A stretch of DNA of 64,000 nucleotides from a virus, in IMG/VR virus record IMGVR_UViG_3300020411_001722, positions 15,653-79,652 of that record, one strand, 5' to 3'. Below the pieces are notes generated by a model. The model was not told the origin of the DNA. It saw only the letters and a program-made list of their open reading frames with translations, and ran no database searches. Positions within the stretch are counted from its first letter, which is position 1, and each line of letters begins with the position of its first letter. This document shows, in pieces, positions 49,518 through 57,724 of the stretch. The position numbers and the translations under genes were made by a program.

Positions 49518-49571
49518 GGACAAAAAAATACCCCGATTTTTTTTCGGGGTATTCCAGGAATCAAAGTTCGA
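49513..49571. terminator. Hairpin terminator between convergent genes (repeat copy 1)
   Basis: AATACCCCGA-T-rich loop-TCGGGGTATT with a flanking A run. Confidence 0.65.
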
Positions 49572-49583
49572 ATAATATACAAG

Positions 49584-49880
49584 TTACCAATGACTACATG
49601 GTGCTGGTCTTCTTTCAGTCCAACGCCTGATCCAACCAGGTCTCCATCTACCTGATCGACTGTAGTCGCCTGGAATATACTCCTCGTGTTCCACGATCTC
49701 TACGCAATACATGCGACTGGGATCTGGTCTCCAATGTTTGTATGGTCTACGATGTCTACCATGATGGTGATGGACATGTACTTCTTCAGTAAACGGCTCC
49801 CAGAACTCTGCCCATGTTAGTGCTGATGCTGGTGCAGCAACACTGGTGGATAGAATTAGTGGGAGCAGTAACCATTTCAT
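49584..49880 (-). CDS. Secreted/membrane His-Arg-Trp-rich hypothetical protein
   Basis: Signal peptide ending ASA; HVHHHHGRHRR tract. Confidence 0.65.
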   Translation of the reverse strand: MKWLLLPLILSTSVAAPASALTWAEFWEPFTEEVHVHHHHGRHRRPYKHWRPDPSRMYCVEIVEHEEYIPGDYSRSGRWRPGWIRRWTERRPAPCSHW

Positions 49881-49883
49881 AAT

Positions 49884-50792
49884 TTAGAGTTCTTTAGCGA
49901 GGTCTTCAAAGTAAGATAGATCGGGATCTTCTGACTGTGTTGATTCTACACGATCACCGAACCCACTTGGTACACTACCTGTGACAGTTTGTACAGCGGC
50001 CTGTGGTACGTTATGTGGAAGTACTTCTTCCTCCTCTTCATTAAACGTTGCGACTTTACGCTTGTTTAATACAAGATTTAATCGTGTCTCTAAGTCTTCA
50101 TACGACTTGAAGTTAGAACTATCAGTAAACTCTTTAAGAGAATACTCTTTGTTGTAAACTTCTTCAAGTTGTGCATCATCATACCCACCAAGTACACTAG
50201 GTGCAGAAAACTCAGACTTGTCATAGTTCCAGAAACCTGCAACCTTAACAATCTTTAGTTTAAAGTCAGCACCCTTCCATAGGTCGAAAGGATTGATGGG
50301 AGTCTCATCCTCAAACTGAGGTTGAGCAGCAGCAACGATCTTGTCGTGAATCTTCTTACCATACTTGTAGAGGAAGACTTTGCCTTCGTTCTCTGGATGG
50401 ATAGGATCCTTAACAACATATATGTTGCTGTAGTAAGAGAGCTTACGCTTCTGCTTACGTGCGACATCCTTGTCGCTATCTGAACCTGAGTTCCATAGTT
50501 GACGGTTCAACTCACCAACTGGATCTTTCTGACCCAATGTAGTAAGACTATTCTCAATGTACCATCCACCTGGTCCTTGGAATGCATGACTCCACACTTG
50601 TGCCCAAGGTAGGTCACCATCTGTCTCAGGAAGGAATCTAATAACAGCATAACCGTTACCAGATTTATCAACTTCTGGTTTCCAGAAGCGTTCATCTACC
50701 TTAGCACCAGCAGGTTTGTTTAACTTCTCAATAGCAGTGCTAAGGGAAGCGAAAGAAGATCCACTGGACTTCTTCAAAGTGGCAAATGACAT
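49884..50792 (-). CDS. gp32: Single-stranded DNA-binding protein
   Basis: DERFWKPEVDKSGNGYAVIRFLP...HAFQGPGGWYIENS...acidic tail LSYFEDLA. Confidence 0.96.
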   Translation of the reverse strand: MSFATLKKSSGSSFASLSTAIEKLNKPAGAKVDERFWKPEVDKSGNGYAVIRFLPETDGDLPWAQVWSHAFQGPGGWYIENSLTTLGQKDPVGELNRQLWNSGSDSDKDVARKQKRKLSYYSNIYVVKDPIHPENEGKVFLYKYGKKIHDKIVAAAQPQFEDETPINPFDLWKGADFKLKIVKVAGFWNYDKSEFSAPSVLGGYDDAQLEEVYNKEYSLKEFTDSSNFKSYEDLETRLNLVLNKRKVATFNEEEEEVLPHNVPQAAVQTVTGSVPSGFGDRVESTQSEDPDLSYFEDLAKEL

Positions 50793-50854
50793 GTTACGTA
50801 TTCTCCGTATTGAATGTGTTTGTATTGTGCTACTGGATTATAGTAGCATACTAT

Positions 50855-51247
50855 TTAGTCGTTGTCAACGACATCTATTTCGTGTTCCTTAATCTGTTTC
50901 TTCCACTGCTTAAGTTTTTCCTCCATCGAGTTCAAGATATAAGTAAGATCCATACCACTAGAATACATCTTAGATACATCATCAATCCTTTGCTTTACAT
51001 CTGTCACTGTACCATCATTAGAATGGTCTTGATCCTCCTGAACATAGGTAGATGCCAAAGACAATCTGGCATAGAACACCTTCTGTTTAGCGATCAACTC
51101 AAGTGTTTTATTAATATGATCTAATCTTTCTTGAGGTTTAAACTGTGATAACTTATTACTCATATTGAGTAGTTCAGTGTATGTCTTTTGTATATCTTCA
51201 AGCTCATCTCTTACTACTTCTGAGTTGAAGAACTCCTCTTGGTTCAT
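50855..51247 (-). CDS. DUF1825-like cyanobacterial/cyanophage protein
   Basis: FFNSEVVRDELEDI...LIAKQKVFYARLSL. Confidence 0.7.
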   Translation of the reverse strand: MNQEEFFNSEVVRDELEDIQKTYTELLNMSNKLSQFKPQERLDHINKTLELIAKQKVFYARLSLASTYVQEDQDHSNDGTVTDVKQRIDDVSKMYSSGMDLTYILNSMEEKLKQWKKQIKEHEIDVVDND

Positions 51248-51489
51248 AGTGGTAAAACCCCTCTACTTGTACGTTTAATATAATTTAATTGTTGAGCATT
51301 GTATTTGATCTTATCCTTTAATGGTTTAGAGATCAACTTACTTACTGTTTCAACTTCAATTTCAAACTCATCACAGATGGATGTAACTGCCTCTATGTAA
51401 TTAACGAGACCATTAGAATCCTTCACAACTTGTTCGACTAAGGCAGAAAACTTTGCCTGTGTCATAAACTTTTCTTCAATTTCTTTCAC
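51244..51489 (-). CDS. gp33: Late transcription coactivator
   Basis: KFSALVE...YIEAV...SKLISKPLKDKIKYNAQQLNYIKRTSRGVLP. Confidence 0.88.
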   Translation of the reverse strand: MKEIEEKFMTQAKFSALVEQVVKDSNGLVNYIEAVTSICDEFEIEVETVSKLISKPLKDKIKYNAQQLNYIKRTSRGVLPL

Positions 51490-52183
51490 GCTGTCCCTCC
51501 TGAACCGCCCATGTTTCTAGTGAATCCATACGATACTGTTCGATCCAATCAAGAAGCAGGTTCATGTAGGGAACTTTATCATAACGTTGTTCAACTTGTA
51601 CTTGTCCATCCTCTGCAACAGATAAGGTAACAAGTTTATCAACCTCAATACCTGTGCGTTCATAGTACATGTAAGCATACGCTGCTTCCTGTACAAAATA
51701 CTTCTCCAACCACTCAACTTTCTTTAGTTTAGTTGTTGTTTTGAAGTCAATTATAGCAAGCTCCCCATCAAACTCACCAATGCAATCAACCCTGCCAGCA
51801 AGACCCAGATTGCAAGAGTAAAGAGGGGTTTCAAGACAGTTAATAGTGCCAATACGATCAAGAGTCGAACGACTAGCCCGAAAAAGGTAAGTGGGAAAAC
51901 CCTCGCTCTTCTCAATCTTCTCCAGTTCATTGTTTAGATAGTCCTCTACTAGATTGTGATACTGTGTGCCTCTCCAAGAAGCAGCATGTCTAATCTTTTC
52001 TGCTTCAGCATAACCTACTTTCTGTTCCCACTTAGCAATCCCTTCCTTACCTTGATGACCTGTGACTGTAGTGACACTAGGAGCCCACTTACCATCAGGT
52101 AACTTATAAAATCTACCGTGTGGTAGTGTACGAGATTCAAGATCTACGATGTCAACAGGTGTTTCTAGATGAACAAATGGCAT
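51476..52183 (-). CDS. PD-(D/E)xK exonuclease
   Basis: PSVTTV...RGTQYH...AGRVDCIGEFDGELAIIDFKT...YFVQEAAYA. Confidence 0.88.
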   Translation of the reverse strand: MPFVHLETPVDIVDLESRTLPHGRFYKLPDGKWAPSVTTVTGHQGKEGIAKWEQKVGYAEAEKIRHAASWRGTQYHNLVEDYLNNELEKIEKSEGFPTYLFRASRSTLDRIGTINCLETPLYSCNLGLAGRVDCIGEFDGELAIIDFKTTTKLKKVEWLEKYFVQEAAYAYMYYERTGIEVDKLVTLSVAEDGQVQVEQRYDKVPYMNLLLDWIEQYRMDSLETWAVQEGQRERN

Positions 52184-52189
52184 AATAAA

Positions 52190-52942
52190 TTACATTCCTT
52201 GATTGATTTTAGCAATCAGGTATTCTTTAACGAAACCGCTACGAACGATATCGCTGATTTCAAATTCAACTATGTCAACTGAAGGCATAGTCTGCATGAT
52301 CTTCATGAAGTCTAGAACACCTGTCCTCTCATTAGTTTTAATGAGATCGGACTGAGTATAGTCTCCAGAGAAAATGATCTTAGAATCCTGACCAACACGA
52401 GTAGTAATACTATCTAACTCATGGAAGTTTAAGTTTGAGAACTCATCTACTATAATAATAGCATTGTCCATAGTACAACCACGAATGAATGATGTACTCC
52501 AGAAGGAGATGGTCTCCTGTGACTTTAGATTATCATAGAGTGCTTCGAAGGCATTATCATCAGGCATCTGGAACATGAACTTAACCATGTTCTTGTATGG
52601 TATCTGATATAGATTTGACTTGTCCTCATGATCTCCTGGTAGGAAACCAATCTCCCTAGTTGGTACAAGAGAGCGAACCATGTACACTTTATCATAAGGT
52701 GTAGATTCGTCAAGCACTTCCCTTAATGCAAGGTAAAGACTAATGAATGTCTTACCAGTACCAGCAGTACCATGAAGGATTAAATGCTTACCTTCTTCAT
52801 AAGATTTAAACACCTTCTCCTGATTAGGAGTTAGTGGTTTAATTACTTTGAGTTGGTCAGTATTAATTGCCTTTCTTTTCCGTTGGTAAGCAGGAACCTT
52901 CCTTCCGTTAGTACCGTTACCATTCTTCTTCTTTGCTGGCAT
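52190..52942 (-). CDS. phoH: PhoH-family ATPase
   Basis: GTAGTGKT, REIGFLPG, SFIRG, GDYTQSDL, DIVRSG. Confidence 0.95.
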   Translation of the reverse strand: MPAKKKNGNGTNGRKVPAYQRKRKAINTDQLKVIKPLTPNQEKVFKSYEEGKHLILHGTAGTGKTFISLYLALREVLDESTPYDKVYMVRSLVPTREIGFLPGDHEDKSNLYQIPYKNMVKFMFQMPDDNAFEALYDNLKSQETISFWSTSFIRGCTMDNAIIIVDEFSNLNFHELDSITTRVGQDSKIIFSGDYTQSDLIKTNERTGVLDFMKIMQTMPSVDIVEFEISDIVRSGFVKEYLIAKINQGM

Positions 52943-52947
52943 GATGT

Positions 52948-53178
52948 TTAAGTATACCTCGATAGGTTAGCACGTGGATGAGCTTGCTGAATTTTAGACA
53001 TTACATCTTTAAATCCATCGGACTGTTTGGGTTTGCCATACATGTGACCACCTATTCCTGCTTGCCAGTCCTTATCCCAATCGGGATTATCCTTACGCCA
53101 TTGGTCATAGGATGCGACTGACATGGAGAGTTCTTTCTTCTCTCCTGTGCTTTTATTTATTACTGGGTATGTCGGCAT
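52948..53178 (-). CDS. Conserved T4-like cyanophage hypothetical protein
   Basis: MPTYPVINKSTGEKKELSMS...DNPDWDKDW. Confidence 0.7.
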   Translation of the reverse strand: MPTYPVINKSTGEKKELSMSVASYDQWRKDNPDWDKDWQAGIGGHMYGKPKQSDGFKDVMSKIQQAHPRANLSRYT

Positions 53179-53866
53179 GAGGTTCGTCAAAAAGTACGGT
53201 TTCTATGTAATGATCAGCCCACTGTGGTGTGAACCAACTGGATAATACATTAGAAGTTTTTCTGTTCTTCTTCTGGGACTTACAGTACCAGATCTGATCA
53301 TCCAATCTCTTCATCTCATTGATCCAACTGCTGTCAGGTTTAGCAACCTTAATAGCAGAAGTATAGATCTTCAGATATTGTAGCACAACTTCATGGAATT
53401 GTCGCATTTCTTTGTCGTCTCTAAGACGTACAAACTTCATCTGAGATGAGAATATCTCTTCACCCCATAATGGTAACACACGATGCTCCTTAAAGATATA
53501 CTTGTTACTGATCTTGTTTATATCTGAGTGTATTGATTCACTACCATGAACAGGTGATACATCAACGATTGCTGCTGTACACATGGTGGGAGTGGCAATG
53601 ATATCTGCACCAAAGATAGGTAAATTATATTTAGGGTCAGGGAACCAAACACAATGAAGCACATCCAGTTTACCTGTCTTACAGATCTCTAGATGTGCTT
53701 TACGTATTCCATCACACTTATACATCTCATTAAAGATGTATATATTATCCCTCTTAGTTTCCTTATGAATAACAGGGAACTCATTATCTCCTGACTCTTC
53801 AAGACCTGGCAAATCCTCCCAACTGTTACGGATTAATATTGCTAGGTCTTTAACGATGTTAATCAA
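53153..53866 (-). CDS. pcyA: Phycocyanobilin:ferredoxin oxidoreductase
   Basis: RKAHLE...LDVLHCVWFPDPKYNLPIFGADI...AAIVDVSP...LPLWGEEIFS...YCKSQKKN. Confidence 0.88.
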   Translation of the reverse strand: MINIVKDLAILIRNSWEDLPGLEESGDNEFPVIHKETKRDNIYIFNEMYKCDGIRKAHLEICKTGKLDVLHCVWFPDPKYNLPIFGADIIATPTMCTAAIVDVSPVHGSESIHSDINKISNKYIFKEHRVLPLWGEEIFSSQMKFVRLRDDKEMRQFHEVVLQYLKIYTSAIKVAKPDSSWINEMKRLDDQIWYCKSQKKNRKTSNVLSSWFTPQWADHYIETVLFDEPHADIPSNK

Positions 53867-54569
53867 TTCTCAAACAGGGTTGTAGGTCATCCCAATCATC
53901 ATCGTACCTACAGTCACAGTCCTCTTCATCAGGGCACCAGTCCAATGCTTTAGCAATGGTTGGAAGCTTACAGATGAAATGATCACGACATAGATTTGCT
54001 ATGTCCATGTGTTCCTTCTGTGTACCATTAGCAGTACGTAAATGTATATAGTGAATCCAACTACGTATACTACCTGTCATGTATAACCTAGTAGGTGTAG
54101 CAAGAGGTAGTACAAACCTAGCACACTCCTTAGCAACACCTGCATCTAACATCTCTTTGTATAGATGCATACCATCAACAAAATGTCTCTGCATCTTAAG
54201 ATTAAAATCTTCTACTAGTAGAGGATCCAAATCGTTTATACTATTCTGACGATTCTTTGTATCCTGTCTACGTAATTCTGGTAAAGGTATCTCCTTAGCA
54301 AGCATACTACTATCAGCATACCGTTGAGAGAACTCTTGATATGTAAATGATCTGTGCCTTAGTATTTGTGCTGCAAGACCACGTGTAGTCTCAATAGAGA
54401 GGGTCATGTGTGCTTGCTCAAAGACAGACCAATGTCCATGTTCAATACAATACTTTAAAAGACCAGCAACATTAGGATTGTTCTGGTTCTTTGGGTTGGA
54501 TACTCTTGCAATGTATCCCATAGTCTTTTCTGCATCTGGTGTAATAGATACAAAACATACTTTAGACAT
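53859..54569 (-). CDS. thyX: FAD-dependent thymidylate synthase
   Basis: HWSVFEQ, QILRHRSFTYQEFSQRY, ARFVLP. Confidence 0.96.
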   Translation of the reverse strand: MSKVCFVSITPDAEKTMGYIARVSNPKNQNNPNVAGLLKYCIEHGHWSVFEQAHMTLSIETTRGLAAQILRHRSFTYQEFSQRYADSSMLAKEIPLPELRRQDTKNRQNSINDLDPLLVEDFNLKMQRHFVDGMHLYKEMLDAGVAKECARFVLPLATPTRLYMTGSIRSWIHYIHLRTANGTQKEHMDIANLCRDHFICKLPTIAKALDWCPDEEDCDCRYDDDWDDLQPCLRID

Positions 54570-54571
54570 AA

Positions 54572-54859
54572 TTAATCAACGTGATGAAATAATATACGTG
54601 CCATTGCATGAAGACCGAATGCCTTCAGGTATCCTATGGTTGCCAACCCAAACAAACCAGGCATCAACCAATTCCATAGCAGCATCAGTACAATAGGTGA
54701 AATGAATAGAGAAGCAGTAACATTGAGTACTTTTTGTCCCAATTCAAAATCGGAAACTTCTTTCTTCGCTTCTGCTGTCTTCTTATCAAACTCAATTGTC
54801 AATTCTTTCTTCACTGCCTCTGCTGCCTTACGAGGATTGAAATAAACATTATCAGCCAT
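54572..54859 (-). CDS. Hypothetical membrane protein
   Basis: LMLLWNWLMPGLFGLATIGYLKAFGL; probable start MADNVY. Confidence 0.65.
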   Translation of the reverse strand: MADNVYFNPRKAAEAVKKELTIEFDKKTAEAKKEVSDFELGQKVLNVTASLFISPIVLMLLWNWLMPGLFGLATIGYLKAFGLHAMARILFHHVD

Positions 54860-55139
54860 CAGTTTTCCTTTTACGTTTCTTCTTTGGTGCTTCTTGTAAT
54901 TGAGTACGATCAACCCAAAGGTTAGGTCTTACTTGACCATCTGCCTGTCTCATAGTAACGAAATCTTTTTTATACTTATCATAGTAATGATCAAAGATGT
55001 CCGCTTGCTTCGAACTCATGGCAATATCATGCAAGACTTTATCTGCCTTCTTATATGTGACAAGGTATGCAGTGTTAGGTAATTGTTTATCGTTTGCTGC
55101 TACTGCATCACAGTTCTCATGGATGATGGTAATACTCAT
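54852..55139 (-). CDS. Conserved hypothetical protein
   Basis: IIHENCD...LPNTAYLV...DIFDHYYDKY. Confidence 0.7.
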   Translation of the reverse strand: MSITIIHENCDAVAANDKQLPNTAYLVTYKKADKVLHDIAMSSKQADIFDHYYDKYKKDFVTMRQADGQVRPNLWVDRTQLQEAPKKKRKRKTDG

Positions 55140-55606
55140 GATGTATACCTTCTACCCTCTGGGATCTGATCTCCTCCTCTACCACCCCATTTGATATTAG
55201 GGAATGCTTCCTTAACTGTGTTAAGTGTTATGCGATACTTCTTATGTAATACCTTATTAAAGGTCTTACAAACTACCTCTGCTTCATCAGCATGTAGTCC
55301 TTCAAGCATTGCAATGTACATCTGTTCAACTTTAGCTTGAGGTAGATGATCAGCACCACCTTGGCAGAAGTAATACAACTTCTTACCTTCCTTATCTAAA
55401 ACAGTATGCTCTGTTCCTTTAGGTGCATCGTTTGGTTTGTATGGTACATCACCAGGTGGAATCCTAGGGGTGACTGACTCATCAAAGTTAACAATAAACA
55501 AAGACAACAGTACATCAGAGGCATTGTTCTGAAGTATCGAGATCTTTTTGTCTTTAGTCTTAGCTGCATGTGCCTTTTGAAGCACTTCAGATATCAATAA
55601 TTTCAT
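55136..55606 (-). CDS. Conserved T4-like phage hypothetical protein
   Basis: LLISEVLQK...PPGDVPY...MLEGLHADEAE...VKEAFP. Confidence 0.75.
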   Translation of the reverse strand: MKLLISEVLQKAHAAKTKDKKISILQNNASDVLLSLFIVNFDESVTPRIPPGDVPYKPNDAPKGTEHTVLDKEGKKLYYFCQGGADHLPQAKVEQMYIAMLEGLHADEAEVVCKTFNKVLHKKYRITLNTVKEAFPNIKWGGRGGDQIPEGRRYTS

Positions 55607-55609
55607 AGT

Positions 55610-55849
55610 TTACTCGTCTTCATCGTTTAGTATATCATCTTCTTCATGGATGCGCAAGTATATTAACTCAGCAGGATCAACAGGGTTGCCATCTTCATAC
55701 ATCTCAGGATGCATAACCATAGCAGCATACTCTGCTGACTCTCTCCATGTATCGAAGACTTCTTTCAAGTTCCATGCTATCACGAAACCCAATAGGAAAC
55801 TACCTATCGTTAGGAAGAATGCAATGTAGTAAAAAGATATCTCGGACAT
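55610..55849 (-). CDS. Small membrane protein
   Basis: N-terminal transmembrane helix and HPEMYEDG motif. Confidence 0.65.
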   Translation of the reverse strand: MSEISFYYIAFFLTIGSFLLGFVIAWNLKEVFDTWRESAEYAAMVMHPEMYEDGNPVDPAELIYLRIHEEDDILNDEDE

Positions 55850-55870
55850 AGCAACCTCCTATATTTAAAT

Positions 55871-56236
55871 TTATTTAGTTCGGTTCTTGGAACCTTTCTT
55901 TCTACCTGGTCTACGTTGATCTGAATACCTTTCAGCATCATCAATCATCTTAACTAGGTAGTCACGAATCTTTCTCGCTCGTGGTTTAGGAATGTGGTGA
56001 TATGCTTCACGCATATAGGAGTCACCACCCTTAATATAAGTGTTGAGTTCTGAGATCTCTTGTGTAACTTCTTTTGCTACGGATGAATCTAAGAACTCTT
56101 GCACCTGTCTGCGTGTCCACTTCGCAGCTTCCAGATAACTATACATGTTAAAGAGAAACCGACCACCATTGATGGTGTCTTCCAGAGTTTTATCAACCAG
56201 TGTATAAAGCTCTTCGGGGTTTTGGGCTGTCATCAT
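55871..56236 (-). CDS. Conserved hypothetical protein
   Basis: YIKGG...REAYHHIPKPRARKI. Confidence 0.7.
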   Translation of the reverse strand: MMTAQNPEELYTLVDKTLEDTINGGRFLFNMYSYLEAAKWTRRQVQEFLDSSVAKEVTQEISELNTYIKGGDSYMREAYHHIPKPRARKIRDYLVKMIDDAERYSDQRRPGRKKGSKNRTK

Positions 56237-56484
56237 ACGAACTTCTGTTCTCGAAGGTATTTAACGGTTTCAGTACAACCACCTGTCCTTCTGCCATTTA
56301 GTATGACTTGAGGGAAGGTAGCACCCTGACCAAATTCTTTATAGAATTGTTCCCGTGTAAACTGTGATCCTAACATATATTTCCTGTATGTCCACCCCTT
56401 ACCACGAAATACTTCCTCAATCTTTGAGCAATAAGGACATCCTGAACGTGCGTAGATGACTGCTGAACCTGGGTTTGCTGACAT
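56233..56484 (-). CDS. nrdC: Glutaredoxin
   Basis: CPYC, TFPQV, GGCTE. Confidence 0.9.
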   Translation of the reverse strand: MSANPGSAVIYARSGCPYCSKIEEVFRGKGWTYRKYMLGSQFTREQFYKEFGQGATFPQVILNGRRTGGCTETVKYLREQKFV

Positions 56485-56531
56485 AATTATGGTACCGCAA
56501 AATTTTATTTATTATATCATAAAAAAAGAAA

Positions 56532-56604
56532 TAGGAGTGATGGGATTCGAACCCACACTGTAGAGATTTTAAGTCTCCTGTCTCTGCCGTTGGACTACAC
56601 TCCC
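56532..56604 (-). tRNA. tRNA-Leu(UAA)
   Basis: GGGAGTG/CACTCCT acceptor, anticodon arm GGAGA-CTTAAAA-TCTCT, GTTCGAATC; short variable loop. Confidence 0.85.
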
Positions 56605-56608
56605 TAAG

Positions 56609-56682
56609 CGACCCAAGTAGGATTCGAACCTACGACCAACGCTTTAGAAGAGCGATGCTCTTGTCCACTGAGCTATTGGGTC
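56609..56682 (-). tRNA. tRNA-Arg(UCU)
   Basis: GACCCAA/TTGGGTC acceptor, loop CTTCTAA, GTTCGAATC. Confidence 0.9.
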
Positions 56683-56690
56683 AATTAAGG

Positions 56691-56762
56691 TAGGACTACC
56701 GAGAATTGAACTCGGTTCACTCCGTTATAAGCAGAGGGCATTAACCAATATGCGATAGTCCC
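56691..56762 (-). tRNA. tRNA-Ile(UAU)
   Basis: GGGACTA/TAGTCCT acceptor, arm CTCTG-CTTATAA-CGGAG, GTTCAATTC. Confidence 0.85.
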
Positions 56763-56795
56763 GACCCCATTTGTTTGACTCGTAAACTATAGCAT

Positions 56796-56820
56796 AAAAA
56801 AAGACCCCCGAAGGGGTCTT
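56796..56820 (-). terminator. Intrinsic terminator followed by an extended -10 (TGCTATAGT) for the tRNAs
   Basis: AAGACCCC-TTCG-GGGGTCTT plus a T run. Confidence 0.8.
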
Positions 56821-56844
56821 GATTGATCTCAAACCAGGAGATAT

Positions 56845-57237
56845 TTAGAAGTTGAACTTAAGTCCTAACTTAGCACCCCAGTCAACGACTGTATCGCCAT
56901 CGGAATCTTCACCGTTTGTTGCACCTGATACTTCACCGTATACAGATGTTGCTTCAGCAAGAGCATAAGAAGCACCGATCTTACCAGAAAGTTCTGTTTC
57001 AGTATCGTCAGTAGCATCAGTATGACTTAGTGAAGGACCACCTTGTACATAGTATGCAACTTTACCTTCAGAAGCAACGCCTTCATATCCTATGTGGATG
57101 TCTGTAGCTGCAGAGCTGTAGTCTCCATCAGGATAAGAGAGATTGCTTTCTACATTCACATAAGGACCAGCAAAGGCAGCTCCAGCGAGTAGAAATGGTG
57201 ATGCAGCTACAGCTGCGATTGTTGATTTAATAGACAT
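56845..57237 (-). CDS. Small outer-membrane beta-barrel-like protein
   Basis: Signal peptide MSIKSTIAAVAASPFLLAGAAFA, alternating beta strands, C-terminal LKFNF; start moved to 57237. Confidence 0.75.
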   Translation of the reverse strand: MSIKSTIAAVAASPFLLAGAAFAGPYVNVESNLSYPDGDYSSAATDIHIGYEGVASEGKVAYYVQGGPSLSHTDATDDTETELSGKIGASYALAEATSVYGEVSGATNGEDSDGDTVVDWGAKLGLKFNF

Positions 57238-57249
57238 GATTGTTTGTAT

Positions 57250-57345
57250 TGTCTCGCAAGGATACAAAAATACCCTGCGGATGATAGCACCCCCGACATG
57301 GGGTACTGTTTGCATTCAACACAGGGTTACGATTGTTTCGAGTCC
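57250..57345 (-). ncRNA. Structured 5' leader (candidate cis-regulatory RNA)
   Basis: Nested helices ACCCTGTG/CGCAGGGT, AGTACCCC/GGGGTGCT and CTCG/CGAG. Confidence 0.5.
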
Positions 57346-57356
57346 TTTGTTAAGAA

Positions 57357-57400
57357 TATTTATAATAACACTATCTAAAAACGGTGTCAAGTGTGCCAGT
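57357..57400 (-). promoter_or_regulatory. Overlapping sigma70 and late promoters
   Basis: Palindrome half-site ACTGGCACAC, TTGACA-17-TATTAT, overlapping TATAAATA. Confidence 0.7.
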
Positions 57401-57412
57401 TGGGGAAGTTCA

Positions 57413-57724
57413 CTACTTAGAAAGGGCATCTAACAGTGCTTTTTTGTCCTCTTCAGACAAAGTTGGTTCGGTTTCCTCTACCTCTTCTGCTCTTACAGGT
57501 TCAGTGACAGGTATGAACTCTGCCTTACCTGCTTTGTAAGAGATACGTTCTAGTTCACCTAGTGGTGACTTCCAGTACTTCTTTAACTTCTTCAACATCT
57601 TCTTCCGACCAGCAGAATCATTCGGATACTTCTGTAAGACCTTCCTAATCTGCTTTAGTTCTTTAGTTGACTGTGCTAATGACCTTTCAACAGCCATTTG
57701 CTTTCCAAAACCTTTATCATCCAT
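57413..57724 (-). CDS. Hypothetical protein
   Basis: 103-aa ORF coupled to the upstream gene. Confidence 0.65.
   Translation of the reverse strand: MDDKGFGKQMAVERSLAQSTKELKQIRKVLQKYPNDSAGRKKMLKKLKKYWKSPLGELERISYKAGKAEFIPVTEPVRAEEVEETEPTLSEEDKKALLDALSK

Noticed and set aside
51476-52183. Exonuclease as a Cas4/CRISPR component
   Set aside because: Ordinary T4-like cyanophage PD-(D/E)xK exonuclease in its usual phoH-gp33 context, without the four-Cys Fe-S pattern.
57238-57315. N-terminal extension of the OMP-like ORF in the track
   Set aside because: The signal peptide begins at the ATG at 57237; the upstream part is better explained as a structured leader.
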